DNA of 63,551 nucleotides, filler included. It is 4 parts of 4 records of this genome, joined end to end, with 100 filler letters (N's around TTAATTAATTAA, not from the genome) between each part and the next. Parts side by side here need not be neighbours in the genome. Positions count along the whole stretch, not along the records: positions 28,633 to 44,048 come from SRR20825006_375; 3 more parts are not named here. One strand, given 5' to 3'. Positions within the stretch are counted from its first letter, which is position 1; every line of letters begins with the position of its first letter. The notes beneath the pieces are model-generated. The model was not told the origin of the DNA. It ran no database searches and saw only the letters and a program-made list of their open reading frames with translations. The position numbers were made by a program, and so were the translations under genes. This document shows, piece by piece, positions 31,201 through 42,100 of the stretch.

Positions 31201-31240
31201 AAGCGGAACGGGCCGGGGGGATGCCGGCCCGTTCCGTTTT
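31201..31240. terminator. Bidirectional terminator between convergent genes
   Basis: GCGGAACGGGCCGG-N7-CCGGCCCGTTCCGT followed by TTT. Confidence 0.75.
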
Positions 31241-31257
31241 CGGCTGTTCGCGAGGCT

Positions 31258-32133
31258 TTAGCTCTGCTCGGCAAACGCCCAGTAAAGTTCCTGTGCGCGT
31301 TTGGTTATCGGGCCGGGTTGCAGGTTGCGGTCGTCGAGTTTGACGCAAGGTGCGACCTTGTAATAATTGCCGGTGCCAAAGATTTCGTCGGCATTTTCAA
31401 GTTCGCTGTAGGTCACGGTTTTTTCGGTGACGTCTACGCCGTCTTCGCGGAGCAGCCTGATCACGCGTTGGCGGGTCAGGCCGTTTAAGAACGTGCCGTT
31501 GATCACGGGGGTAAAGACCTTGCCATCCTTGGCGTAGAACAGGTTGGCATAGGAAAATTCCGCGACATTGCCGAGAGGATCGAGCATTACGCCGGTATCA
31601 AAACCGTCTTTGGTGGCCTCTGCCACGGCGCGGCCGACATTGGGATACAGGCAGGATGCCTTGGCCTCGGTCGGGGCACTTTCGGGCGAGGGGCGGCGGA
31701 AGCTTGATTTCCGGGCGGTAAAGCCGGTCTTGATGGCATCGGGCAGGTCGGATACCGAAATGCACAGCACGAATTGCGCGCTTTCTGGTGTCGGGGCAAG
31801 GAAGCCTTCGCCGCCATAGACAATCGGTTTGATATAAAGTGCCAGCGCCGGATCGAATTTCTGAACGCCTTCGCGGACGAGGGCGACGATTTCATCGGTG
31901 GTGATCTGCGGGGCAAGACCCATCAGTTCGGCCGAACGCAGCACACGGGCGCAATGGGGCACAAGATCGGGCATTTTGCCATTGATGCGGCGCGCGCCGT
32001 CAAAGACCGTGGAGGCCATCCACATGCCGTGGGTCTGCGGCCCGATAATATGCGGGTTGCCTTCGTGCCATTCGCCTTTGTACCAGGTCCATGTGGTGAC
32101 GGGGGTGGTATTTGCGGTGGTGGCGTGACCCAT
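31258..32133 (-). CDS. Class IV PLP aminotransferase (branched-chain amino acid aminotransferase-like)
   Basis: VFDGAR, AKASCLYPN, VAEFSYANLF and FLNGLTRQ motifs. Start ATG 32133 behind AGGAG. Confidence 0.88.
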   Translation of the reverse strand: MGHATTANTTPVTTWTWYKGEWHEGNPHIIGPQTHGMWMASTVFDGARRINGKMPDLVPHCARVLRSAELMGLAPQITTDEIVALVREGVQKFDPALALYIKPIVYGGEGFLAPTPESAQFVLCISVSDLPDAIKTGFTARKSSFRRPSPESAPTEAKASCLYPNVGRAVAEATKDGFDTGVMLDPLGNVAEFSYANLFYAKDGKVFTPVINGTFLNGLTRQRVIRLLREDGVDVTEKTVTYSELENADEIFGTGNYYKVAPCVKLDDRNLQPGPITKRAQELYWAFAEQS

Positions 32134-32312
32134 TCTTCTTGCTCCTGATCGAATTTCGGGTGGCGTTTGCATATCGCGGGGCGATGCAAGGCATCCAGAA
32201 TAGGGGCTTTGCGCGATCATGGTCAAAGAAAACTGACAGGGTAAATGCCGTTTCGGTGCCGTTTTTAAGGAAGTTGCGATAAATGACGGTTCTGTGAAAT
32301 ATCCCGCATCAT

Positions 32313-32324
32313 GCACACGTGTGC
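32313..32324. promoter_or_regulatory. LacI-family operator, copy 1
   Basis: Perfect palindrome GCACACGTGTGC with central CG, upstream of the LacI gene. Confidence 0.8.
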
Positions 32325-32418
32325 GTTGGCGGACCGGAAGGCCTGTGATATGTGTGTGGCCGTGCTGCAAGACTGAAAACAGGCACGGCCAGATGGCGTA
32401 AAGAGGGAAATTGCGCGC

Positions 32419-33483
32419 ATGACCGAGGGGAAACACACGCCTGCAAATGGTGACGGGACCGAACCAGGCCGCGATTTGCAGCATATCGTGACCTCGGCCG
32501 ATGTTGCGCGCGAAGCCGGTGTTTCGCGGTCCACCGTTTCGCGGTGTTTATCAGGCGACCGGCGGATATCGGATGCGACCCGCCTGCGGGTACAGGAAAC
32601 CGCCAACCGGCTTGGTTATCACGTCAATAAAATCGCCCGGTCGATGAATACGCGCAAAAGCGATCTGATCGGATTGGTGACATCGGGGCTTTCCGATCCG
32701 TTCCGCGTTGAATTCCTTGATAAACTGATCCTTGCAATTCAGCAGTCCGGTTATCGTCCGTTGGTGATTGATGTATCAGATCCCGCCCAGATGGGCACAT
32801 CGATGATGCATCTGTTGCAATATCAGGTGGCCGGGGTGGTCGTGACATCGGGAAGCCCGCCGCCCGAGGTGGGTGTGCATTTCCTGAAACGCAGTGTCCC
32901 CGTCGTTCTGGTCAATCGCGCCGGGCGGCTTGAGGGCGCGGATGTTATCAATTGCGATAATGTGCGCGGCGGTGAAATGGCCGCCGACCTGTTGCTTGAA
33001 ACCGGTAAAACCCGGTTCGGGTTCCTCAATGTCAAGGGTGGTACATTCAGCGGCAATGTGCGGGGCGAAACATTCGTTTCGCGCCTTGCTCCGCGCCTTG
33101 CGAACGGGGATGTCAGCTTTACCCCGCTGGTCTGCGACAGTGCCGATTATGATGGTGGCTTTAATGCCGCGCTTAAATTCCTGGCAACGCCGGAAACCGC
33201 ACCAAACGCGATTTTCTGTGCCAAGGACCATATCGCGTTGGGTCTTCTGGACGCGGCCCGGTTTGAACTGGGCCTGCGCATCCCCGAAGATATTGCCGTG
33301 GTCGGGTTTGACGATATTGCTGCGGCCCGGCAGGGGGCGTATCAATTGACCACTGTGTGCCAAAGTGCGACGAAGCTGGCCGAAATGACGGTGGATCGGC
33401 TGCGCCAGCGCATCCGGGGCGATGCCCTGACGGATCAGCGGCTGATCCTGCCGGTGGAAATGACGCGTCGCCGGACGGCCTGA
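32419..33483 (+). CDS. LacI-family transcriptional regulator
   Basis: VTSADVAREAGVSRSTVSR HTH; IPEDIAVVGFDDI. Confidence 0.95.
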   Translation: MTEGKHTPANGDGTEPGRDLQHIVTSADVAREAGVSRSTVSRCLSGDRRISDATRLRVQETANRLGYHVNKIARSMNTRKSDLIGLVTSGLSDPFRVEFLDKLILAIQQSGYRPLVIDVSDPAQMGTSMMHLLQYQVAGVVVTSGSPPPEVGVHFLKRSVPVVLVNRAGRLEGADVINCDNVRGGEMAADLLLETGKTRFGFLNVKGGTFSGNVRGETFVSRLAPRLANGDVSFTPLVCDSADYDGGFNAALKFLATPETAPNAIFCAKDHIALGLLDAARFELGLRIPEDIAVVGFDDIAAARQGAYQLTTVCQSATKLAEMTVDRLRQRIRGDALTDQRLILPVEMTRRRTA

Positions 33484-33568
33484 GCCGGTCTTTTTCACGG
33501 ATTTCTGGCCTATTTTTCTTCGATTTCTGATGCAAAACGGCTGACTCGCGATGTTTCTGCGGGTTTTG

Positions 33569-33582
33569 CGCACACGTGTGCG
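33569..33582. promoter_or_regulatory. LacI-family operator, copy 2
   Basis: CGCACACGTGTGCG palindrome. Confidence 0.8.
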
Positions 33583-33777
33583 TTAAGTTTTAAGTCGGAG
33601 GCCTTGCTGAGGGCAGCGTATGGTTTTGCGATGGCGGTTTGTGGGCATGAAATTTTTACATTTAAAAACAGATGGTTACCCGTTGATGGTGAGAGTTTTT
33701 GGGCTCCAAATAGAATTTTTCTGTCATTTGATGGAATTTATGATTAAATCATTCCAGCACGTGATTTGCGCAATGGT

Positions 33778-33795
33778 AATGCACACGTGTGCATT
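33778..33795. promoter_or_regulatory. LacI-family operator, copy 3
   Basis: Perfect 18-bp palindrome AATGCACACGTGTGCATT, 30 nt before the SBP start. Confidence 0.85.
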
Positions 33796-33825
33796 CAACG
33801 AAATGCGAACCGGGAGGAAACCCAA

Positions 33826-34863
33826 ATGACGATCAGAAATTCTCTTTTTGCGACTGTCGCGATTTCAGGCCTTTTGGCTGTTGCGACCGCCGGTTCGGCC
33901 AATGCGGCCGGTCGGCTTAATGTCATCTGCTCGGCCGATAATGAATGGTGCGAGATGATGGAAACCGCGTTCGAGCTGGAACATGACATCGATGTATCGA
34001 TGGTTCGCAAAAGTTCGGGCGAGGCTTATGCGCAGGTTCGCGCCGAAGCTGCCAATCCGAAACTGGATGTATGGTGGGCCGGGACCGGCGACCCCCATCT
34101 TCAGGCTGCCGCCGAAGGCCTGACGGAAGAATATGAATCCCCGCAACTTGGCAACCTGAATGACTGGGCCGTGCGGCAGGCGAAAAATTCCGGCAATCGG
34201 ACGGTCGGGGTTTATGCCGGTGCACTCGGCATTGGTTACAACAATGATCTTCTGACGAAAAAGGGCCTTCCGGCGCCGAAATGCTGGGAAGATCTGAAAG
34301 ACCCGGCCTATAAGGGCGAAATCCAGATGGCGAACCCGAATTCATCGGGCACGTCCTATACCGCACTTGCGACGCTTGTGCAGATTTTTGGCGAAGAAAA
34401 AGCCTTCGATCTGCTTAAAGAAATGCACAAGAACGTCAACCAGTACACCAAATCGGGTTCCGCCCCGATCAAGGCCGCAGCCGTTGGTGAAACCACAATC
34501 GGCATCACCTTCATGCATGACATGGTCGCCCAGATCAAACAGGGGGCGAACCTGACCGTGGTGTCGCCGTGCGAGGGGACCGGTTACGAAGTGGGTTCCA
34601 TGAGCATTATCAAAGGTGCGCGTAACCTTGAAAATGCGAAAATCTGGTATGAATTCGCACTTAGCCCGCGGACCCAGTCTATTGCCGAAGACGCGCACAG
34701 CTATCAGGTGCCGTCCAACAAAGAGTCAAAAATTCCCGATGGAGCACCGCGTCTGAGTGAATTGAAACTGATCGATTATGACTTCGCGAAATACGGGGAT
34801 GCGGAAACCCGCCGTCATCTTCTGTCGCGTTGGGATGACGAAGTCAAAACCGCGCCGCAATAA
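33826..34863 (+). CDS. AfuA-like ABC substrate-binding protein (probable sugar-phosphate binder)
   Basis: GRLNVICS.....C disulfide N-terminus, SSGE, DVWWAGTGDP, NPNSSGTSY, FMHD and GYEVG resemble AfuA rather than FbpA. Confidence 0.8.
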   Translation: MTIRNSLFATVAISGLLAVATAGSANAAGRLNVICSADNEWCEMMETAFELEHDIDVSMVRKSSGEAYAQVRAEAANPKLDVWWAGTGDPHLQAAAEGLTEEYESPQLGNLNDWAVRQAKNSGNRTVGVYAGALGIGYNNDLLTKKGLPAPKCWEDLKDPAYKGEIQMANPNSSGTSYTALATLVQIFGEEKAFDLLKEMHKNVNQYTKSGSAPIKAAAVGETTIGITFMHDMVAQIKQGANLTVVSPCEGTGYEVGSMSIIKGARNLENAKIWYEFALSPRTQSIAEDAHSYQVPSNKESKIPDGAPRLSELKLIDYDFAKYGDAETRRHLLSRWDDEVKTAPQ

Positions 34864-34937
34864 GCGCGATCTGCCTTAACGGTTCTGTCCGTTCGGTGTG
34901 ATTATCGGGCGGGCAGAACCAGACTTCCCAATTCGGC

Positions 34938-37178
34938 GTGCAGGAGAGTTTCGTGAACCGGATGCTTTGGTTCTGGCTGGTGATCGGCTGGATCGGTTTT
35001 GCAATTTTACCCTGGTATCAGCAGGAATACGGGTTCTGGACCCTGGAATGGCTGTATGACGGCTATCCGATGTATGGCGATTATTCGCCTGCGATCCTGC
35101 AAACGACCCTTCATCAAAAATTCTGGCTTTTACCGGTTGCGGCGTTTCTGCTGGTGCCATTGGCGCTGGTGCGGGCCGGGCGGGATCATCCGCATTATGC
35201 CCGTATCCTGATTTCATGCGGGCTTGGCGGTTTGATCTATCTGGTGGGGCAGGGCTTTTTTGTCGGCATTTCCGGCTGGGGATTTGGCTGGCTTGAGGCG
35301 ATGTTTGGTCCGCTTGACGTCCGGCAATACGGGCTTGGCTATGGCGCGATGTTTGTTGCGGCCAGCCTGCTTGTGATGCTTTGCACCGGTCTTGCCGCAG
35401 CGGGGGCGATGCGGGGCGATGTGTTTGTTACTTCCGCCATCGGGACGGTTATTGCGCTTGTCGGGTTGTTTGTCTTCTTTCCGGTCGCGCGCATTTTCAT
35501 CGGATCGTTTGTCGATATTGATGGCAACCTTTCGGGCGTGGCCTTTATCCGCAATTTCCTTGATGACAGCATCTGGGGGCTGGGCTGCCTTGCCGGGGGT
35601 GTTTGCGGGGTTGCGTGGAATACGGCGTTTCTGGCGGTTCTGACCGCTGTTTCGACCACGCTGCTTGGGCTTTCATTTGCGCTTGTGGTGACGCGGACCG
35701 GGTTCCGGTTCAAAAAGCCGCTGCGGGTTTTGACGGTGTTGCCGATCATTACCCCGCCTTTCGTGATCGGTTTGGCATTGATCCTTCTTTTTGGCAGATC
35801 GGGGGCTGTAACGCAGTTCTTTGCTGATCTGCTCGGGGTGGAGGCAGGGCGCTGGCTTTATGGCCTCCCTGGAATCTGGCTGGCACAGACCCTGTCCTTC
35901 ACCCCGATTTCTTTTCTGGTGCTGATCGGTGTGGTCGAGGGTGTCAGCCCGTCGATGGAAGAGGCATCGCAAACCTTGCGGGCCGGACGTTGGAAAACGT
36001 TTGTCAATGTGTCGCTGCCCTTGATGCGCCCCGGTTTGGCCAATGCCTTTCTGCTGGCCTTTATCGAAAGCATGGCCGATTTCGGTAACCCGATGGTTCT
36101 GGGTGGCAATTACGAAGTGCTGTCGACCGAGATATTCTTTGCCATTGTCGGCGCACAAAACGATGCCGGGCGGGCTGCCGTCCTTGCGATGATATTGCTG
36201 TTCTTCACACTTTCTGCCTTCGCCGCACAGCGGTTCTGGCTCGGCAAAAAATCCTATGCCACGGTATCGGGCAAGGCCGATAACGGGGCGCATGTCGGGC
36301 TTAATCCCGGTATGCGTTTGGCGTGCTACTTCACCGCCATTCCGTGGGCGATCTTTACGGTCGTGCTGTATGGCATGATTTTCTATGGCAGCTTTGTCAA
36401 ACGCTGGGGCTTTGATAACAGCCTAACGTTCGATAACTATAGCGATGCTTTTGGCATTGGCTGGGGCGAGCATGGCATCGTCTGGGCCGGGGCGGCATGG
36501 GACAGTTTCTGGACCACGTTGAACATCTCGGCGATTGCCGCACCCTTGACCGCAGCGGTTGGTCTGACGACGGCCTATCTGCTGGTGCGGCAGAACTTCC
36601 GGGGCAAAAGTGCCTTTGAATTTGGTACGATGTTAAGCTTTGCCATTCCCGGTACGGTGATCGGTGTCAGTTATATTCTGGCGTTTAACGTGCCGCCGTT
36701 CGAATTGACCGGCACGGGTGTGATCCTTGTGATCTGCTTTATCTTCCGCAATATGCCGGTGGGGGTGCGCGGCGGGATTGCGGCCATGAGCCAGCTTGAT
36801 AAAAGCCTTGATGAAGCGTCCCTGACGCTTGGGGCCAACAGCTTTACCACGTTCCGGCGTGTGATCCTGCCGCTTCTGCGCCCGGCGATTGTTGCCGCAC
36901 TGGTTTACAGCTTTGTGCGTGCCATTACCTCGGTCAGTGCGGTGATCTTTCTGGTCAGTGCGGATCACAATATGGCGACATCCTATATTATCGGGCTTGT
37001 GGAAAACGGGCGATACGGCGTTGCGATTGCCTATTGCAGTGTTCTGATCCTTGTCATGCTGAGCGCGATCCTTGTTGTGAACGGCCTGATCGGGCAACGG
37101 CGTCTGCGCCGCGAGGACCGGGTTGAGGCAACACCGGACAAGACATCGACAGGAAATCTGAGAGAGAAGCATTCATGA
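34938..37178 (+). CDS. AfuB/FbpB-type fused double permease
   Basis: Two EAA loops (EEASQTLRA, DEASLTLGA); LPIITPPFVIG. Start may be GTG 34953. Confidence 0.9.
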   Translation: MQESFVNRMLWFWLVIGWIGFAILPWYQQEYGFWTLEWLYDGYPMYGDYSPAILQTTLHQKFWLLPVAAFLLVPLALVRAGRDHPHYARILISCGLGGLIYLVGQGFFVGISGWGFGWLEAMFGPLDVRQYGLGYGAMFVAASLLVMLCTGLAAAGAMRGDVFVTSAIGTVIALVGLFVFFPVARIFIGSFVDIDGNLSGVAFIRNFLDDSIWGLGCLAGGVCGVAWNTAFLAVLTAVSTTLLGLSFALVVTRTGFRFKKPLRVLTVLPIITPPFVIGLALILLFGRSGAVTQFFADLLGVEAGRWLYGLPGIWLAQTLSFTPISFLVLIGVVEGVSPSMEEASQTLRAGRWKTFVNVSLPLMRPGLANAFLLAFIESMADFGNPMVLGGNYEVLSTEIFFAIVGAQNDAGRAAVLAMILLFFTLSAFAAQRFWLGKKSYATVSGKADNGAHVGLNPGMRLACYFTAIPWAIFTVVLYGMIFYGSFVKRWGFDNSLTFDNYSDAFGIGWGEHGIVWAGAAWDSFWTTLNISAIAAPLTAAVGLTTAYLLVRQNFRGKSAFEFGTMLSFAIPGTVIGVSYILAFNVPPFELTGTGVILVICFIFRNMPVGVRGGIAAMSQLDKSLDEASLTLGANSFTTFRRVILPLLRPAIVAALVYSFVRAITSVSAVIFLVSADHNMATSYIIGLVENGRYGVAIAYCSVLILVMLSAILVVNGLIGQRRLRREDRVEATPDKTSTGNLREKHS

Positions 37179-38275
37179 AACTGAAAACGCGTGCGGGTTC
37201 GGTCGTATTCGACAATGTCACCAAGACCTATGGTCATGGGGCGGTTACCGCGATCGACAATGTATCTTTCACCATCCATCCGGGCGAACTTGTGACCCTT
37301 CTGGGGCCAAGCGGCTGTGGCAAAACCACGACATTGCGCATGATTGCCGGGCTGGAACATGCGACAACGGGCAAGATCCTGATCGGGGGCAAGGATGTCA
37401 CACAGCTTCCGGCGACGGACCGTGATGTCAGTATGGTGTTTCAGTCCTATGCGCTGTTTCCGCATATGACGGTGGCGGAAAACGTTGCTTATGGGCTGAG
37501 TGTCACCGGCGTTGCCAAGGCCGAGGCCAGGGAAAAGGCCGAGGAAGGGCTTAACCTTGTGGGCTTGGGCGGATATGGCAGTCGCCTGCCGTCCGAGCTT
37601 TCGGGCGGGCAGCAGCAAAGGGTGGCGGTGGCGCGTGCGCTGGTGCTGGAGCCTGAAGTTCTGTTGCTGGACGAGCCGTTATCGAACCTTGATGCCAAGC
37701 TTCGCCGTCATGTGCGGACCGAAATCCGCGATTTGCAGCAAAAACTTGGCCTGACCGCGGTTTATGTGACCCATGATCAGGAAGAAGCATTGGCGGTGTC
37801 GGACCGGATCATCGTGATGAACCGGGCGGTGATCGCGCAGCAGGGCACGCCACGCGAATTATATGAACAGCCGCAATCGGAATTTATCGCCGACTTTATC
37901 GGTGATGCCAATCTGGTTGACGGGGAAATCATCAGCATTGATGGCAATCACGCCCGCGTCGATATCGGGGGCGCGCACTGCAATCTGCGTCATCGCGGGC
38001 AGGCAAAGGGACCGGTTCGGGTGGCGGTGCGACCCGATGCGGTGCAACTGACCGGATTGGCGGCGATTGCGGGCGATGCACATGTCATTGAAACGTCGCT
38101 AAAAGGTCACATTACGCATGCAGCCTATCTTGGTAGTCAGATGCAGTATTCTGTGGAAACCCCGATTGGCGAGCTGTTTGTGATCGATCATCGGATCGAT
38201 ACACCGATCATCGCCGGTGAACAGGTTGCCATCGGCTTTTCCGAACGCGGCATGGCCGTGGTTTCGGGGCAATAA
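37175..38275 (+). CDS. AfuC/FbpC-type ABC ATPase with TOBE domain
   Basis: GPSGCGKTT, LSGGQQQR and YVTHDQEEA motifs. Confidence 0.93.
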   Translation: MKLKTRAGSVVFDNVTKTYGHGAVTAIDNVSFTIHPGELVTLLGPSGCGKTTTLRMIAGLEHATTGKILIGGKDVTQLPATDRDVSMVFQSYALFPHMTVAENVAYGLSVTGVAKAEAREKAEEGLNLVGLGGYGSRLPSELSGGQQQRVAVARALVLEPEVLLLDEPLSNLDAKLRRHVRTEIRDLQQKLGLTAVYVTHDQEEALAVSDRIIVMNRAVIAQQGTPRELYEQPQSEFIADFIGDANLVDGEIISIDGNHARVDIGGAHCNLRHRGQAKGPVRVAVRPDAVQLTGLAAIAGDAHVIETSLKGHITHAAYLGSQMQYSVETPIGELFVIDHRIDTPIIAGEQVAIGFSERGMAVVSGQ

Positions 38276-38311
38276 CGGATCAATCGCAAAACTGTTTCAG
38301 GCAGGGACAAA

Positions 38312-39130
38312 GTGGAAAAGACATTTTCGGGAATTGATATCGAAGCACGGTTTGAACATGCGCGCGACGTGATCCGCGAAGCGGGCAAACGCGCCATGGA
38401 ATATTACGAAGGCGACGCCGCCGACCTTGCGATTGAAACCAAAACCAACGCGCTTGATATGGTCAGCATTGCGGATAAAAACGTCGAGGCGATCATCCGC
38501 GACCGGATCGGCGATGCCTTTCCCGAGGACGGGTTCCTGGGCGAAGAAATGGGCATCGAGAAGGGTGATAATGACTGCCTTTGGGTGATTGATCCGATTG
38601 ATGGCACGGCCTGTTTTGTCAATCAGATGCCGACCTGGTGCATTTCGGTTGCCCTTATGATCGGCAAGGAAGCGGTCATCGGCCTGATTTACCATCCCTG
38701 CAATGGGGAGCTTTTCAGCGCGGTGATCGGGGATGGCGCACGTGTCAATGGCGAGCCGGTCAAGGCCAGCGATGCCAAACTTGTCAGTGATGGTGTCATG
38801 GGGATCGGCATGTCGCATCGTCTGCCAAGCAGTTCGATCGTGCCGGTGATCGGCCAGTTGCTTGACGAGGAAGGCATGTTCATCCGCAACGGGTCGTGTG
38901 CGTTGATGATGGCCTATGCCAGTGCCGGGCGTTTGATCGGCTATTACGAGCCGCATATCAATCCGTGGGATTGCATGGCGGGGATTGTCCTGATGCGTGA
39001 GGCGGGGGGCTGGTGCAATGATTTTCTTGATCTGCCCAACGTGCTTGAAGATGGTGGGCCGATATTGGCCGCGGGGCCCAATGTCGCCAAACATCTGGCG
39101 GATATGATCGGGCTTTCGTATCGGGGCTGA
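38312..39130 (+). CDS. Inositol monophosphatase family phosphatase
   Basis: GEE, WVIDPIDGT and WDCMAG motifs. Confidence 0.92.
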   Translation: MEKTFSGIDIEARFEHARDVIREAGKRAMEYYEGDAADLAIETKTNALDMVSIADKNVEAIIRDRIGDAFPEDGFLGEEMGIEKGDNDCLWVIDPIDGTACFVNQMPTWCISVALMIGKEAVIGLIYHPCNGELFSAVIGDGARVNGEPVKASDAKLVSDGVMGIGMSHRLPSSSIVPVIGQLLDEEGMFIRNGSCALMMAYASAGRLIGYYEPHINPWDCMAGIVLMREAGGWCNDFLDLPNVLEDGGPILAAGPNVAKHLADMIGLSYRG

Positions 39131-39177
39131 TCACGCCTGATGGCACGATATTGAATGCATGCTGACCGGTGCCGGGT

Positions 39178-42100
39178 TTAGTCCCCGGTGCCGGTCAGTT
39201 GCTGTTTGCGTTCTGTGAGCATGCGGTAATCAAGGCGGGAGAGTTCGTGATTGATGGCCTTGATATCGAGCGGCTTGGTGCAGTGCGCATCCATGCCGGC
39301 CGCGCGAAATTCTGCCAGATTGTCGCTTGATGTATCTGCGGTCAGGGCCAGAACCGGGATGGTTGCCTTGATCGGGTCGGCAAATTCGCGGATCTGGCGG
39401 GTGGCTTCGATCCCGTCCATGACGGGCATATGCACATCCATCAAGACCGCGTCAAAATCATGTTCAAGCAGTTGGTCAAGGGCTTCCTGCCCGTTGGCGG
39501 CGGTGACGATTTCATGGCCCTGCTGTTCAAGCAGTTTCTGGGCGAGAATACGGTTGATCTGGATATCCTCGACCAGAAGAAGCTTCCGTCCCATGACGCG
39601 CGGTTTGTCCGGATCGGCAAGGCCAAGCTGACGGTCGTCTTCGGCTTCGCTGCCAAGTTTTGGCGCGTCTGTCAGCGGCAGGTCGAGGTCAAACCAGAAG
39701 GTGCTGCCCTTGCCCTCGATGCTTTCGACATCAATCGTGCCGCCCATCGCCAGGATCATTTTCTGACAGATGGCAAGGCCAAGGCCGGTTCCGCCAAAAC
39801 GGCGGGTTGTTGATGTATCGACCTGTGTGAAGGCTTCGAAGACCGAGCGGACCTTATCGACCGGGATGCCGATCCCCTCGTCACGGACAGAGATGCGGAA
39901 CGCCATGCGACCGTTGGCGGTTTCCTGCCGGGTTACGACAACATGGATACTGCCGGATCTGGTGAATTTGATTGCGTTGGAAACCAAATTGGTCAGGACC
40001 TGCTTGATGCGGACCGGATCGCCGATCACCCAGCGCGGCATGTCGGCCGGGATATCAAGATGCAGGCGGTTATCCTGATTGCGTGCCGGGACCATCATCA
40101 TGGAAACGACTTCTTCGCAAATCGCGTGGATGTCGGTTGGCACTTCTTCAAGGACCAGTTTGCCTGCTTCGATCTTTGAGAGATCAAGAACATCGCCGAT
40201 CAGGGACAAGACATGACGCCCGGCCCCATTGATGGTCGAAAGATAGCTTCGGATGGTTTCGGACGGTTCGTTTTTGTCGATGGCATCGCGTGCCAGCTGG
40301 GCGTAGCCGAGGATCGAGGTCATTGGGGACCTGAATTCGTGGCTCATATGGGCGATGAATTCGGATTTTGCGCGGTCGGCCTGCTGCGCCTGATTCATGG
40401 CGTTTTCGGCTTCCTGACGGGCGTTATCAAGTTCGCTGGTGCGCTGATAGACCAGATCGACAATCCGTTTTTCGGTGCGGGTCAGGGACCGCAGATAGAC
40501 CATCAGAAGGATGCTGATGGTGGCACCAAATACAAAGATCGCCCATGGCTGCCAGTATAAAAGCCCGTTCAGGCGGGCTTCGGGCCCGTGCAGGACAATC
40601 GTCCAGTCGCGGAAGCCAAAGGTAAAGGTCGATACCTTGGGGTTATAGCCGGAGGTGATTTCCTTGACGATATGGGTGATCGCATATTCCGGGCGTCGAT
40701 TGGAATAGATCAGTTGATGGCCTTCGGGGGCATCCATATCCGCCAGATGGATTTCAAAATCCGATGGCAGGCGGGCAATGCGGGCGGCACGCGTGATCAT
40801 ATTGGTCAGACGCAGCACGCCAACCGCAAGGCCAAGCGGCGCCTTGCCGGGATTGCGCCGGTTCGGGACATTTAAAAAGGCCAGTGCCGTGATTTCGGCG
40901 GTGGCGGACTGCCGCATCCGGATCGGTTCGGTCAGGGTAATGTTTCCGGTGCGGATGGCGGTTTGCAGGGCCTGGTTGCGGATTTCATCGCTTGCCAGAT
41001 CGAACCCGACGACATTTTCATTGCCGGACTGCGGAAAAACGTAAAAAACCGGGAAATATTCATCGCGTTCCGGGGAGCGTCGCATGTCGCCATCGATCAG
41101 ATTGCGAATTTCAAAATTTTCAACACCCCGGAGGGAGGCATTTTCCTCGATCAGACCGCGTGCACGGCGTTCGATATAGGGGACCCATTCCAGTGCTGCG
41201 ACACCCGGTCTGCGTTCGACCCACGGGCCGATCATGGCGTTGAAGGTATGAAACGACACATCGCCATGGACATCAAACAGGGTGCGCACGGCAATCAGGC
41301 TGTCGGTGGCGCGGCCCAGTTCTTCGCGAAGGGATGCTTCGAAGGCGCGGCGGTACTGTTCCGTCTGGACGTCAACGGCGTGATCGATCTGACCGAATGT
41401 GTACCATGCCGCCAGCCCCGATATCGAAAAACCGGTCAGGCCGACAATCAGGGCCAGATTGCGACGCAGACGATGGATGTCGCTTGAAATCCGGCCATCG
41501 CGGGTGCGCATGGTGATGACATTGATTTTTTCGATGCCCGTACCGAGCAACAATGTCCCGACCGAAACCGCAATCACATAGCTGTAAAGATTTTCAAGGC
41601 CGATATTCATGTTTGAGGTGTGGATAAAGGTGCTTTCGCCCAAGGCGGCAAAAACAACGATATCAACGACGATAAAGGCATTGACCAATGCCGCGCCCAG
41701 CAACCCGAACCGCACCGCCCCCCACAGAACAAAGGGAAGGGAGACAAAGATGAACAGATATTCCGGTTTGGCGATCAGCGGGGTTGTCTGGACGACCGAG
41801 GACACGATGGTGGTGGCGACACAGACAAAGGCCAGTTCGCCGTAATATGCAAAGCCGTGTGATCGCCATTTCTGATGGATCAGGCGCAAAACCAGCGGCC
41901 CGATCACCATTACACCGACCAGATCACCAAGCCACCAGCCCCGCCAGATGGTGGCGAACTGGTCAAAATTGCCAATTGCCGTCAGGCTGAGGCTTGTCGT
42001 ACCGCAAAGTGCGGCAAGCGCCGGGCCGCCAAGCCCGCCGATCATGATCAGGCTGAAAATCCCGCGCGCGGTCAAAAGCGGGGAGCGGCCAGATATCCGG

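Noticed and set aside
33826-38275. Fe3+ (FbpABC) transporter call
   Set aside because: The SBP lacks an evident FbpA Tyr-Tyr iron-ligand motif, resembles AfuA, and sits under LacI operators next to a phosphatase.
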